Below are positions 26,557 to 42,131 of a stretch of DNA of 64,000 bases, piece by piece. Position numbers and translations under genes: made by a program. Numbering within the stretch: position 1 is the first letter of the stretch; every line of letters starts with the position of its first letter. This stretch comes from Camelus dromedarius. Taxonomy: Eukaryota. Where the stretch lies: NCBI RefSeq assembly GCF_036321535.1, contig NC_087436.1, forward strand, positions 105,588,001 to 105,652,000. Direction: 5' to 3'. The notes under the pieces were generated by a model. That model saw only the letters and a program-made list of their open reading frames with translations. It did not search any database and was not told the origin of the DNA.

Positions 26557-26661
26557 TTTTTATTTAATTTATTTATTTATTCAAATGGAGGTCCTGGGGA
26601 TTGAACCCAGGACCCAGTGCATGCTAAGCATGCACTCTACCACTTGAGCTACACTCTCCCC
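26557..26661 (-). mobile_element. tRNA-Ala-derived SINE (camelid vic-1-like), antisense to CCDC149
   Basis: The - strand reads GGGGAGAGTGTAGCTCAAGTGGTAGAGTGCATGCTTAGCATGCACTGGGTCCTGGGTTCAATCCCCAGGACCTCCA followed by an A-rich (AAAT)n tail. Confidence 0.85.
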
Positions 26662-26689
26662 ACTGTACTTTAAAAAATAAGAGAAGAAA

Positions 26690-27140
26690 AGAACAGATAG
26701 CATACACAGTCTCACATCACCTAAACATACACATTTTAAAAGTTTAGTGTATTTGGTAATTTTTTTTCGTATATGGGTTCTTAGAATAAATTTCAATCAT
26801 ACTGTATATAAAAGTTAGTCCGTGGTCTTGCATAGTTCACATCACCCTCATTCCAAACAGCTGTAAACTAGCCCATTGACTGACTACATTATCCTTTGCT
26901 AGCCATTCTACTTTTGTTAGACAGTGTTTCTAGTTTCTTTTTACACTTTCTATAAATAACAGCACAATCGACTTTTTTTTTCTTTTTTCCTAAAGCTCGT
27001 GCACGTCTGGGATTTTTCTTAGCCCAGATGGTCAGAAGCAGAGTTATTGGATCATCGGGTAGGGACATTTTTAAGGCTCTTGATAACATAGCCTAATTAT
27101 TAAGAGTGTGGGAGCATGCCCATTTTAGCAGAACCTTAAT
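26690..27140 (-). mobile_element. Old L1 (L1M-type) 3' fragment
   Basis: Decayed L1 motifs (ttagacagtgtttctagtttc...ataaataacagcacaat...gttattggatcatcgggtagg); boundaries approximate. Confidence 0.45.
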
Positions 27141-27403
27141 TTTTGCCAAGTTTAAAAGAGACCCAGAGTTTTTCCCTCACTATGGTGGAGCTACACAGGA
27201 CACCCACCTTCGGATTCCCAGGCCTGTGTTCCCCTTAGCTTTATGCAGTGTATGCATGCACACGTGTGTCTGTGCGTGCATGTACAGAATACAATGTGGA
27301 TTTTTTTTTATTTTAATGTGTGATATTGGCAAGAAATTTCTTTGTCTTGTATCTTTCCCCAGTATTTCTTGGAAAAGCTTATCTTCCAGAGCTTTCTGCC
27401 TAG

Positions 27404-27625
<222 letters not shown>

Positions 27626-28398
27626 TAAGAGTGGGGGGGCTGTTTGCACAGCTGGGCACAACACAGAGGAGAGTGGACTGTGCCCCGTTTCTCAGAAAGT
27701 GTGGGGTGCCTGGGATGCAATCAGGGGAGGAAGGAAGATACAGTTTGAATGTGTTTACTCCCTCTGCGCTTTGCTTGGTTCCCAAGTGACCTCTTCCGTT
27801 TCTGGCTTCCAGCAGATCTGTACTCTTACTTTGGGTACCATTGTTCTGAACACAAGAAACATCCTCCCTGCGCAGGATAGACAGGGAGAGGACAAAACGT
27901 GACAAACTGGCCTTAATTTGCAAGTTTCCGCTGAAATGCTGAGAGATGCTTTTTAGGCAAAATCTCAACGGGTAGCAAGCCCTAGTTCGGGAACAGCTCA
28001 GAGAGCCTAGATTTCGATTTTCTTCTCTTACTAATTGGTTTTGAAGAGCAGAACAAGATTTCTGGGTTTAGAGTGGTTTGGGAAAATATCTGTAAGCCAC
28101 TGGCTATTGTTCCCAATGTCTGGATTTGCCCTCTCCGAGCCTCTGGCTTTAGGCCGTGCTGCAGCGGGTAAGCGATTGGGTCTATGTTTCCAAGCTCCTG
28201 CCCACTTCCCACCTTAGATATTATAAGTGTCTGGCCAGAAGTCATCCCCTTGCTTTTTGCTTTTGTAATATTACAGTGTGTGGCGCTGGTGGCTTTATAG
28301 CATGCAGGTGATCTGGAGAAGTTCTCTGAAAGCCAGGCAGCCCAGCAGAAGGCTCTGTCTTAGCGATAAAGCCGGCGTCTGAAGAGTGTCTTGAGTGA

Positions 28399-28710
<312 letters not shown>

Positions 28711-29284
28711 TAACAATGGTATTAACGCTCCACATTAGTGGTAAAAGTAAGAAAGAAAAACCACATGCTTACACGCCTCCATGTGTGCTCTGTCCCCCCC
28801 CCACCCTCCCTCTTCCCCAGTTGGGTGAGAAGGGTAGGGAGTCAGTGGAAGCTGCTTGTGATTGCTATCAAGAAGATGGAAAAGAATAAGAAAATAAATT
28901 GAGAAATTCCCTTAGCTGTTTCTTTTCCCTGAGGCAGACTTCAGTGTGTGTATGTGACTAACTTAATGCTGTGTCTGGTGTCGCCTCTTCCTGACTTGCT
29001 CCCCAGTGGAATCGTCTTAATGAGAATTATGTGAAAACTGTGTTGATATCCCGTAGGGGATCTCTGCAGAGGGCTGCTCTAAAGTGGGCTTTCTGTGATT
29101 TCGGTGTATTTGACCTTGATCATATTCATTTAAGAAGAGGTCACAAAGATGCGCTTTTCTCTTCCCCCTTCTGGTGGTGAGAAGATGCTGTATGTAAAAG
29201 ATGGCTCTTTGAGTGAGTGGTTTTCTTTGTTTCCTCTCCTCCTTGAGTGTAGGTTTTTTTATGTGGCCCCCAAACTCTTCCTAG

Positions 29285-29422
<138 letters not shown>

Positions 29423-30808
29423 TAAATGTCATTCTATTTTAATTCTCTTTTATGTGCCAAAGACATCCCAGTGCTTGCCTGCCGTCCCTGACAGAGTCCA
29501 ATAAGAGCTTTAACTGAGGAACCAGGAAGAATTAAACCCAAAACAGCAAACAACAAAAACAGCTTCTGCAAAAGCTCCTTGTATTCATTGCTGTTATCTG
29601 GGCAGGGTACACTGAGACCCCCCCCAGAATCTGGACGTGGCCACTTTACAGCCTCAGTCCATATTCAATTATGTTTCTTATCTGGCTTTTTTAATAAAAT
29701 GTTCTGTCGTCAGATGCTCTTTGTCTCCTAATCATCATCATAAGAAAATGATTTCTGAGAGAGGAAGAAGCAAAGACTGGGAAATCACAATCGAAATGAT
29801 AATGTCCACGTCACACTGAAAGGACAGAATGTTGGAATTCTCCCCACTGTTACTGAGTCGAATTCCAGCGCCATTAGTTAGATAATATTTATTTCTGCAG
29901 ATGTTAGCTTTAAGTGTTATAATTAGAAAAGTCTCCTGGGTTTCTCTGCTTTGAAAATAGATTGATTTCTCTTCCTGAGGGTGAAGTTTTGCAGCAGTCT
30001 CAATGCTGGGGAGAGCCGTCTCATTTTCCTGGCTTTCGAGGTTTGCTTTTTTCTCAGAAATCTCCATGCTGTTCTGCCTTTCCATTCTGTGGGGGCCACG
30101 CTTGAGTTTATACCAGTCTATATATACACAGGCAAGCCAAAGAAGAATACCGCTTTTAAAGTTGTATAATTAATACATAATTTTTAAAATGTATGTATGC
30201 ATTCACTTACCAACATTTATTCAGCTCTTCTATGTGCCAAGCACTGGCTATATAGCACGTATCAATTTCAATGTAACAGTCGGTTCTATGAATGACACAC
30301 ACATACTTCCTTAATCTTGTGTCCACAGCAGATTTCATTAATCACTCACAGCTCTTTTTCCAGTCCAACCACAGAATCCTTCCAAACACCACTAATGATC
30401 TTTTGGCATTGGTCCATGCAAGAAAACCTCTTCTCTGTCTCATGTCTATTCAGAAGGAGTTTCTAAAACTAGTGACTTCACACATTAGACTGAGTTCTTG
30501 CTTCAGATTTGATTTAATCTAACGAATATACATTGAGTGTCTTCTATAAATAGGCAGATGTAATTGCTGTAATTCTACTGGGTACTAACTTTAAAAAAAA
30601 CAAAAACAAAAACAAAAACACCTCTTTACCAGGTCCATAAAAATCATAACTCTTTGGCGGGGACTCTGAATTTTAAAAGTTGCGCCAGCATTTGGAGTTT
30701 GCAAAGAGTTCTTGTGTGCCGGATAGGAGGCATCTGCTGTAATTAGGTCTTTTTTCTAATATTGGCTTTTCTGACAGAGGTTTTTGTTTTCTCCCCATGC
30801 TGCTTTAG

Positions 30809-30946
<138 letters not shown>

Positions 30947-31009
30947 TGAGTCCACCTCTGGTTTTGTGGATTAGGAACCAAGGTGATCCTTAGAACAGTC
31001 ACCACCACC

Positions 31010-31180
31010 CCCAACTTCTGCCTGCATCAGGATTGCCTGGAGGGCTTATTAAAACAGATTACTGGGCCCCACCTCAGTTTCTGATTTAGTAGGTCTGAGA
31101 TGAGCCCAGAGAATATGCATTTCTAAAAAGTTCCCAGGGGATGCCGATGCTGGTTTGGGAACCCTGCTTTGAGAGCTGCT
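31010..31180. mobile_element. MER5A-like hAT-Charlie element
   Basis: tgcatcaggattgcctggagggcttattaaaacagattactgggcccc...tgcatttctaaaaagttcccaggggatgccgatgctgg. Confidence 0.75.
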
Positions 31181-32874
31181 GCATTAGAGTTTCTCAAATA
31201 ATTAGACCCCTAACTACGCTCTCCTTTCCAGAATGTTTTCCCTTCTCTAATCACAGGGAGGTTAGCATCTCCCAGTGTTTGTGCCAGCCTCGTCAAGTTT
31301 CCACTTTTCCCGGCCTTTATGATCAGACTAGAAAAGTCTCATAGCTGCTGGAAGCATTTTCTCGTGGCACACGTGCCTTTTTCAAAGAAGCTTTTATTGA
31401 TTGCAATTTTATTCCTCCTTCTTGTCGATTCCGATGAAAAATAATGATCGTCCAGGAACAGTCAGGGGAATAAATAGCAGAGAGCTTGCTTCTGACACTT
31501 AATATTTGGGAATTCAGTTCTAAACATAAGCCTCAAGTGGACCATGCTGGGCTGGCCCACTTTGGGCTTGTTGGCGATACGGACCAGCAAGGATCACGTG
31601 ACAGCCCTCATCAGAGCTACAGCGGATTGAAAAAAAAGTGCTGAATCTCCAGCCTACCTAATAATCAGTGCACTTTTCCAAGCAACCTCTCTTTTCTCAT
31701 TCAACACAAAAAGGACACCTTAGAATTCTTTTTGAAAAGAAAACTACAGTACTCTATAGAGATGTGAGGTAGCCCATCCAAGTACACCTCTGGGCGCCCT
31801 TGATAGCCAGACGTCCGTGAATGTTGAGGCCCAGTCCTGTTACTGACGTGGGGAACGCCAGCTACACTCCAACACCATGGCCAAACGGTCAACCGGCACA
31901 ACTTTTCTAGAAAACCATTTGGCACCCTGTTATGAAAAACCTTAAAAACCCTTTGAGCCAGCAAGAAATAAGTGCAGACATATGCAAGCACTTTGCTTCA
32001 AGAAAGTTCTTCCTACATTAGTTATAATTAAAAAAAACAAAAAATGGAAGCAACACAAATGTCCAGCAGTCATTAAATAAATTTCTGTAGCTCTAAGCAG
32101 CTGTTACATTTTACATTTTAGTGTATATTCATGATGAGGCATAAGGTAAAGAGGAAAAAGCAGAGCTTTTTCCCATTTTTGAAGAGAAACGGATGAATTT
32201 GTGGGTCTATGTATAGGCATATAAGAAATGATGTTCAGAGGTATAAGGAGAGATTTATATATATATTTTTCTGTCTGGTAAGGGTACAAATAGTTGTTGT
32301 CTTTTGGGGTTATCTCTTCGTTTCTAAAAATGTGCATATATAAAATATTTTACATTTTGTATTTTATATTCTAAATAATCTCCTGTATTATCTTGCCACC
32401 CACCAAGCATACCACATGGGAAGCTGATATTTAAAGCAAGGAGCTCAGGACTGGAGTCACGGTCATTTCCATGGCTGGGTGACCTTCAGCTAATGTTTTT
32501 ACTCCATCAGCACATTGCTTTTCTGTCCATGAAATGGGAATAAATAACATTTTCCAGGTTTTGTTTTTTTTTTTTCCAAGTCTCAAATGAGCTAGCCATT
32601 ATGAGTGTTCTGAAAGTGTAAAATACTGGACAAATGCAAAAGATGATTATTCTTTTAAAACACATGTTGTTAAAAGTCCATAAGGGCTTCCTCCTTTTTG
32701 TTTAAACTTCACCCCTCACACTGAATTTTATTTTATGTTACCTTTGACACTTGAAATGGACCCTTCAATTACAATATAGTTGCATATAGAAGCCGGGAAC
32801 AGATGCCAGCTTCACTGTTCAGGAAGATCTGACCTCGGCTTGCATTCCAACACTCCAGAAGGATTTAAGACTGA

Positions 32875-33045
<171 letters not shown>

Positions 33046-33649
33046 TAGGTGGCTGGGCCCCTGGGCTGGGGGCTGGCGGGAGATGTGTGGGAGGAGGGCC
33101 AGCAGCAGTGGGTGGCAACCAGGTGGGACTAAAACCTTAAGGGAAGGAGGGATGAGCCCCCAAATCTGGAAGGAAACTTATTCAACTGCAGCTGTGCTTC
33201 GGAATAATGACAGCATCCTGGCTCTCAGCTGGAACCAGCTGAAAGTAATGCTGATTATCCCGTACTGAATGCCTACCCTGAGCCACGCCCTGCGTAATGC
33301 ACATTGCCTGACAGTGTTCCTGCCTGGGTAACTGAACCTGCTCTCCTCCAGGTCTCCTTGAGGAAAGGCACCTCCTCGGTGCCATTTTAACCTTACAGCA
33401 TGGCTCCCTGGGGCTCTGAATAGCAGCTGGGCCTCAAAGGGAATCTCACGCCACTTTTCCAGATCAACAACAAAATGGTGAAAAGGAACAATAATTAAAA
33501 CAGAATCTCTTATCTGGTGACTACAAACACGTGGACTATGTTGGGCAAAATCACACAAGTTAAAGTAGCATTAGAGACAACAGGAGCAAAAATTAAAGTG
33601 TTCAGAGAATGGCGACTAAACAACAAATTAAAGCAACAAACGTTGCAAA

Positions 33650-33818
33650 CAGGGCCGGCAACCCACAGTCACACACCACCCAGTGCTCAGGAGGTCCCTG
33701 CACTTGGTCTCATGCTCCAAGGTCACCATCTTGAAATTCTTTTTTTTTTTTTTTTTAACAAGGTGGCCCCGAGTTTTCATTTTGCACTGAGCCCTGCAAA
33801 TTCCATAGCTGGTCTTGC
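33650..33818. mobile_element. MER91-like hAT element
   Basis: cagggccggc...catcttgaaattctt...ttttcattttgcactgagccctgcaaat...gctggtcttg. Confidence 0.6.
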
Positions 33819-36800
33819 TTATAAATTCTACCAGGGGAACCAAAATGAAATACAGGTACCAAAAGGCTGGGCTCCCAGCAAGAAGAAGAGGGGTTGGGGA
33901 ATCGGGGGCCCCAGCGAGGTGGGGGCGCAGGGAGAGAGGCAGCCAGAAAATGATGAAGGGTATTGTAAAAACAAAATAGCAAAAAGAGAGGCCGGGAGTG
34001 AAGGGAAGATCGCGCCGGAGATGAAGATGTATATAAAAGAAGGCAGAGAGCAGTGGAGGGAGTCTGGGCAATCTTAAAGGAATGACAAGGGTAATTGATT
34101 GACAGAAGTTTTAAAAATTCTCTTAAAAGAAATCTTAACCAAGGACTGAAACGGCCAGATGCTAAAACGGAAATACTCCTCAGGGGAGGAAGGAGAAATG
34201 GGAATCTCCCCAGAATAGGTACGAGGTCTATTTTATTCAGACAGAAATCCCCTGCTGCCGGCAGCGTTCCCAGGAGCCTTCTTTGTCCTCACCAGCTCCC
34301 TGCAAAGCACCCACTGGGGCTCCTGCAAACCTTCTCAGGTCTTCTAAACCCTAGTTTGTTCTCAGCAGGTGGCCTCAGCCCCTCTTTTACTGAGAAAACA
34401 AAGCCTGCCTATTGTCAGCCCACAACTTACTGCTCCCCTGAAACCCACATCTCCCATGCTCTCCTTCTGGTCTCTGGGAAACACATGGACCTGCCATCCC
34501 CACTGTCTTCCCTCCTCAGGGCCTGGCTCTCCTGTGACCTCCTCTTTCAGTCTCTTCAGTTCGGTCCTGCCTCCTGCTTCTGCATCTTCACCAGGAAGCC
34601 TCACAGATCTTCCTGAACCCACCCAAAAGGGTTCCCATGAATTCCACTCACCTCAGATTTTTGTGAACAGGAAATCACCTCTACTTCTTTAACAGACACC
34701 CCATCAAAGTGTTTTGGAGGGGCACCTATGTTGGAGGTTTTAGAGGGGGTGCTTGTTTAGAAATGTGGATTTGGAGGGTGTCCTGGAGGGAACGGCAGGA
34801 TTCTGGATTTTAGCAAGCGCCTGGTGACGCCTTGGGCAGGAACAGAAGAGCACCTCAGCTTTAATACCTCCCAAGACCTCTTCTGAATTTTCCTAACAAT
34901 CTTCTGCTGAAGGTCACCAGGACCCCTACACCCCGCTTTCTGAGTCTCTCTTTTCTATAATTTCTCTACATCCCAATTCCCATCTTTTTGGATTCCTCCA
35001 ACTTTCTCCACTGCCTTATTCCCTTCTCCCTCCTTCTCTCTTTCCCCCTCCTGCCCACCCCAGGCCTCCTCCTCCTCCTCCTCCTCCTCCTCTTGTATTT
35101 AGTCCTCCATCTTCTTACCACCCCCCCAGGGGACCTTGTTCCCTCTGTCTTTGCTTCCATTCTCTGCCAACTCTTCGTAGAACTCTTGTCCCCACCTCAC
35201 CACCAAAAGCAAGACCCACATTTCCCACTGCTAGGTTGACAGTTTCCCCTGATACTTTTTCAGTTCCTCAAATGTGATGAGTCTAGAATCTGGAGCATGC
35301 ATTCCTTAGTACGTTTTAAGACATTTTAAAATGCTTGTGCCCTTTCACACAAAGGGTCTGCTTCTAGGAATTTATCATAAAGAAAAAAAAATCAGAATGA
35401 AGCCCTAAGATTTATACATAAAGTAGTTCACTGTGGATTCATTTATAAGAGTGGGGAAAAAAAATGGAAACAACCCAAATATTTTAAAATTGAAGAATGA
35501 TTAAGATTACAGAAAATCCATGAGGCAGAATATTATTCAGCCACTTAAAGCGTCATTTGAGGAATATTTAATGTGCTCTGCTAACCATCCAAATAACTAG
35601 GTTTGACGTCACTCGGGTTGAATCTGTCCCAAGGCCAGAATGTCTATTTTGGTCGCTCTTTTCTCCCAATACATAGGACAGGGCTGGGCCCACAGTGGGT
35701 GCTCATTGTTTGATGAATGGACGATTGAATCGTCTTCAAACTCTTTGTTCCCGCCCTAATAATCATATGCGGTGGCCATTTAGCTTTATGGTTTTCATGC
35801 ATTCATGTATTCAATATATCTTTCCTGAGTGCTTGCCATGGTCCTTCAAGGTACATCTCCTAAATGCCCCCTCTGCTTTCTTCCTACCGGACCATCACCT
35901 CGTCCTTGGGAAGATTCTCCCATCAGTCCTCCATCCTCAGACCCCAGCCCCACCTCTTCCAATGCTTACCTGGACACTCTCATAGCCACTTGACAGCTAC
36001 AGTTCTGATCACGACACAAGCCTCCACTGAAGAGCTAGGCCGAGTCCCACTGCCTACCAAGCTCAGCATCCCCACGCAGTTGGCCTGACCCTCTTGCCCC
36101 TTACAACAGATTGATTTCCTGATGTATTCCTCCCATCCCCCACTGCAACCACACATCCCCAGGTTCCATGGGCTCCCACACTCTGTTGAGAAAGATAGAC
36201 ATTTTCATTTTGCTAGGCTTATTTTTTAAAGTACCTTTTCATTATTAAATTATTATTTAATAATTTTGAACCATCGGATGGTTCCCATTTTAAAAAGCTA
36301 AACAGTAGATCTCCAAACTACAGCTGTCTCTCAGCCACCCAATTCCCCCTCCTGGAAGAAACCACCATTCATCACTTTTTATGTATCCTCTCCAAGGATG
36401 CATATATAAGCAAATGCATAATACATTTATATAGACACACATAAGTGCTCATATGTATTTATACAGATATAGATTTTCTTTTTTCTTTTTTTTTCTTTTT
36501 TACAAATTGTAGCTAGTGTTCGTCAAAAAAAGTTTTCTTCACCATCTCCAACCTTCCTTTTTTTCTCTAGTAACAATAGATCTTGAAGATTGCTCCCTAT
36601 CAGTTCATAAAGTACCTAATGTGCCTTTTTTTTTTTTTTAATACTTTGAGGGTCTTAAGTTTTCATACTTTTCAATAAATGTTTTATCTGTGGTATGGAA
36701 AGAAACAAATTATACAACAGATGGAGTGGGGGCTCAGAATAAAATTTAAATTTGATCTGCTTGCTGTTATCCCCAATGATTTAGTAATTAAAATAGTAAA

Positions 36801-37779
36801 ACAGCTCTGTCTGGGTGTAGCATTAGAAGTAACACAGGTGTTCTGTTCTGTAAGTGTGTGCTCCCCTACCGGCACCCCCCCCCCGGGCCTGGCAGTTAAC
36901 CCTCTACTACCCCCACCACTCACCCACCGCCCGCCCCCAAGGCCCAGTGGCCAATGGGACATCTTGAAGAATTGATGAATGAACCCAGGACTTTATATTT
37001 TGAGAGGATGTTCAGTTAATAAGCATTTTGCTTGAAGTAGTCTCTGCCAGAGTTTGCAGTTGTCTAGCTACTGTGAAAGAAGGGATGTGGTTCTTGTGTC
37101 TTATGGTGGCAGAGCATCAATGGAAGAGGCAGATGTTAAAGAGGACTATCTTACAGAACACGTCTGGCTCTCCAGCCCTTCCCAGCCAGCCGTCACTTGG
37201 CGGGTGGGGTGGCAGCGGTGGTAGTCAGGACATGAGGCCATGCTGCCCTTTCACCAGCCTCTGTGCTGTGCCTCAAACTGGTACCTGCTCTCCCCCTTCT
37301 CCAGCCAATGGTGAGTCGCTTAGAATTTCAAGACCGTGGAAGCAGCAGAAGCTGTCTCGGATCAGAGCAGAGATTCAAAAGAAGGTCTCCTTGCGTGGAG
37401 GTTGGGAGCAGGGCCCTCTGTGTGGGGCCACGGCCTCTCCTCCTCTTTGGGTCCCAGCTCCCCCCAGGACCCTCACTCAGAGATTCCTGCTCTCTGTGTT
37501 GTCCAGAGAACAGAGACAGAGGCACAGTGGTGGCCAGTTCCTGAGTTAGTTCCATCTTGCAGGTCCCCTGTGACGTTGTTATTATCAGAAACTACCCCTG
37601 CAAATCCATCCAGAGGCCTGGTGTCCCAGGGATGTTCCTGGACTACTAGGTGGACATGTGCTAAAACCTCCCCTGTCCTAAAACAAGCCATAGTGAACTA
37701 AAAATTTTATTTTAAAATTTCCCTCATCCTACCGAAAAAAAAAAACAAACCCTCTCTCAAGCCTGTTTATGCCTCAAGC

Positions 37780-38580
37780 TGTGGCCCTGCCTGTCTCCTT
37801 GGATTCCCTGCTAAACTACTTGAAGAGTTATCTATATACACTGCTCCAACTTCCTCACAGTCTGTTTTCCTCAGCCCTGTCACTTGGATTCTGGATTCCA
37901 CCCTTCCCGTCTTGTAACAGCTCTCTCAAGGGCCAGGCACATCTTACTGACCTTTTTCATCCCGTGTGACCACTTTCTAGACTAAGGCAATACCGCACAC
38001 TGCCCCACCTGGAACTCTCTCTCCCCCTGGCATCGGGGCCCCACGTTGCCCAGGCCCTCCTCTTTCCTCTCCCCTTGTGTGTCTCTAGACCTTCCCTGCC
38101 TGCGCAGGTGTGCTCCGGTCCCCTGTCCTGACCTCTCCCACTCTGGTGATGAGTAGACCCACCCCCCAGCACACTCTCATCTTTGCCCTCGCAGATCTTT
38201 CCCGTCTCCCACGTGGCCAGCTGTCTACCCGGATGTCGTGTGGGCATCTCAAACTCCTCACCTGCCTCCTTGTCACGACTCCATACCTCTGGCTTCCCTG
38301 CATCCAGTGGCTTGTTTGGGGCCATCATTGTCACCGCCCTGGGCCGTACTCTCCGAACTGCTCTTCCTGCTTCACCTCACACTCCTTCCGGTTCATTCTC
38401 AACCCCATGTCAGGAACAGTTTCCCTGAACTTCATTATGCTGCTTCTCTGCTTCAAAGCCTTCAGTCTCCCTCTGCGGCCAATGAGTAAAAGTCTCAACA
38501 TTCTCAATATGGCCACAAGATCATTCACAATCTGGGTCCCTACCAGCTGCCCTGGGCTCGTCTTTCACTTAATCTTCGCT
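37780..38580 (+). mobile_element. L2 fragment
   Basis: Pyrimidine-rich decayed L2 motifs (ggatgtcgtgtgggcatctcaaactc; ctctgcttcaaagccttcagt); boundaries approximate. Confidence 0.5.
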
Positions 38581-38617
38581 TCTGCACCGCAGTTCCCCTG
38601 AAGCGCTTGTGTGTTTC

Positions 38618-38790
38618 CAGGCCCAGGTTTGATTCTGGCCCCTCTGTCTGCCAGCTGTGTCACCCAGGGCAACTTGGTCGGCCTCTGGGTCTCAGCTCCC
38701 TCATCTGCAAAATAAGCATAATTAAGAGCTACCGCACTGATTGTCTCAAGGGTCTAAGTGAGATCATATCTGTGAGCATGTGATTAGTAA
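38618..38790 (+). mobile_element. MIR SINE fragment
   Basis: ccagctgtgtcacccagggcaac...ctcagctccctcatctgcaaaataagcataat. Confidence 0.65.
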
Positions 38791-38934
38791 ACAGCCACCG
38801 TTATTAAGGCCTCCCACTGGCAGAGTACGCGTGTGCGTCTGCGCGCACACCTCTGTCCATCTGTCTCCCACCAGACGGAGCCCCTCAAATATGGGGACAG
38901 GGTCTGCTTCTCTTCATTGTCCCCTACAGCCTCA

Positions 38935-38940
<6 letters not shown>

Positions 38941-38994
<54 letters not shown>

Positions 38995-38999
38995 TTTTT
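38941..38999. repeat. Compound (TA)n followed by poly(T)
   Basis: About 18 TA units then about 23 T. Confidence 0.95.
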
Positions 39000-41555
39000 G
39001 AAATCGGACCCTGTTTCTACTTCTACTGTCTCCATCTGTGAATACTGCCAGCTGTTAAGACTCAGCTGGCCCTCTTCTCTCCCTGGGCTGTGTCCCAGCA
39101 CGTTCAGTGGCCCACCTGGCATTCTGTTCGGTGTAAAGCCAACCAGGAAGATGCTCTGTCACTTGAAGCATCTTGGGTTGTATTCTGCAAGCCAGCTGTG
39201 GCTGCATTCGTGTTTCAGTTACGAAGGGAACTTAAAGAGAACTTGCCTTAGGCATGACAACGCTGGTTTTACAGGGCCCTTGTGGTGTTCTCGGTTAAGA
39301 GCATGCACTTCGGAGGCAAACTGAGGTGCAGGTTAAAAGCCAGACTCACCACCAGCTGAGTCCTGCATGTGGTGGGGTTAAGTTAACTAACTTCCATACC
39401 TCTGTTTCTTAATGGGAGGAGTAGAGTGTGGTGGGTGAGAACACTGGGGGTTAGGAAAAGACATGCTTTGAGATGAACTGTGTGTCCTTGAGCAACTTGC
39501 TTAACCTCTCTGTTTGTTAGGGTCCACATGTGTAAAAGGAGAATTTTTTAAAATGCAGAGTTTTTGTCAGGTCAAAATGAAAAAAACTGCACATTCAGTA
39601 TGTGTTCAGCAGGGGCTCTGACTCATGCCTGAGGCTCAGGAAAGATTAGTTGCTGTTTTGTGTTAACCACAGTGCAGTTGTCATTGGTGGCTTTGGTGTT
39701 ACTATTGCCACTACCACAACTTCCACTGGATCCATTTTACTACCTCCAGCCCTGCATCAGATGCCTGTGTCAGGCTAAAGATAAAAGCAGTCAGCACTGA
39801 CAAACTTCCGCAGAGTCCCTGAGAATAGATTATTGGGGACACCAGCAAATTCACCTCAGACCTTTTCTGGGAGACACGGCTGTCTTATCCAGGAACATCA
39901 GAAAAAAATACAACTGAATGTCTCTTCACCACGCCTTTGAACATTGATCCTTCAGTGTACACAGAAGAGTTAAGCCTTATCTTTTGTTTCCAAGAGGCAG
40001 CCACATACAGATGATCTGATCTCGTTAAGAAACAGGCATCAACTTGAACATGGCTGTGACTGCATCTCAAATCCATCAGCTGGTGAAAAGGGAGGTTGGA
40101 TCAGAAGGTCTGAGCAAAATATTGAAAGTGAGATTACGAAGAATGGTGTTTATTGAAGGGTCAGAGACATGAAAGCAAAATAGACCCAACAAATGGAGGG
40201 AAAATTGAAAGTAATTGATAAAGACTATGCAGAATTTAAGACTTAAGGAAAAGAAAAGGGAAAAGCTCTAAGTATCTAGATGAACAAAACCACATATAGT
40301 AACGTCAAAGAGTTTCCTGTGAACTCGAAGGGAATATTAATTAAGATGCTGCAAGTCAATTCAGGTAAAATAAGGATGCATCCAAAGCCATTTATATATG
40401 TGCAGATATATGCATATTCATGTCTTGGTATGTATGTGGGTGTGTGCAGCTATCTCTGGAATATAAAGAGAGGTAGGAGAACAATTCTGGTGTTCTCGTC
40501 TCTCCTGCTGAAAGGATTTGAAACTTCACTATTAAGGTGATTTCCACATCATTTTAGCACAGCAGTGCCAAGAAAATCCCCCAAAGATGAAGACTGGCTG
40601 TTCAATTTCCAGGCCAATGGAAAGTGATTGAAGTTTTAGATGACTATCAAATCATTTCCCAAGTATATTTAATTTTGTGTAGAGTGACGAAGGGGAAATA
40701 TATGCCCAAATTTATGTCTTTCCATGCATATAGACAACATTTGCCTTCCAAGTAAACAGAGTGATCTTTTCAAATACACGTTCCAGAGCTTAAACATCAT
40801 GGGGGAGCCAAGGTGGTCACCTCAGAAAGCAATATAATTGTTCTAGTGATTCTGTAATTGCCGAAAGTACTTCTGAAATGCCTGTTTTTTAAAATTCTCT
40901 CCAGAGATAATTACAAGCCATGAAAAAAAGGAAAGCATTTATTTCATCACATGTTTTTATTGAACGCCTGCCGTCCACCGTGCATTGTGCTAGCGATCAG
41001 GGCTATGGCTATCCTTAAGACGTAGGTTAGGGCTCAGACGGTGGATCTTACTACATTATTGACTCAAAGTAACATTACAAAGCATGTTCATCCGTCTTAC
41101 TTGTTATCTTGGTTGTTTCTAAAACTCAGACCCACCCTCAAAGAATCAAGATGTGATACTACTAAGAGTATTTAAAGTTAAATGTCATCTTTAGCAATGA
41201 GCAATTCCCAGATAGAAATGATGTCAGATGTTGGGGCAGTGGTGGACTCGTTTGGCTTCCCAGCTGTCTTTGTGGGAGAAGATTCACTTGAATGGCAACA
41301 TTTTAGTAATTTTTAAAATCATTTTTAATCATTCACTTATATTTTCATACATACTTCACTAGACTATGTGTCTGTGCACATATGTATATATACATACACA
41401 CATATATACACACGTATATATTCTACACACACACGCACACACTCTGTTTTTAGCATATGTCTTAAATCTCAAAACATTCCTCTATTAGGGCACTAGCAGG
41501 CTTCCCAAGTTGCCTGCCCACAACCCTAAGAGCTAATGAGACAGATGTTCACTGA

Positions 41556-41882
<327 letters not shown>

Positions 41883-41988
41883 TAAATTCTGAAATTGTCA
41901 TTCTATATGTCTGTATATGTTTTATTTTTAACTTTCGTGGATATGGTAAATTGCTTCATTTTTCACCCGTAGGTGTCTTATAAAGATT

Positions 41989-42131
41989 TGTTCAATTTAA
42001 TCATTACCCCTTAAAAATGAATATAAGAACTTACAAAAAAATGTATTTAATCATCAGTTCTAAAAATGAATGTACAAACTTACAAAAACTTGTTCAATTT
42101 AATCATCAGTCCTAAAAATGAACATAAGAAC
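41989..42131. repeat. AT-rich tandem repeat, about 3 copies of a 50-53 bp unit
   Basis: tgttcaatttaatcatcagtcctaaaaatgaatataagaacttacaaaaa variants start at 41989, about 42042 and 42091. Confidence 0.85.

Noticed and set aside
34361..34376. CTCF-like motif ctcagcaggtggcctc (similar at 55520)
   Set aside because: Single partial motif matches are expected by chance in 64 kb and cannot be supported without ChIP or conservation data.
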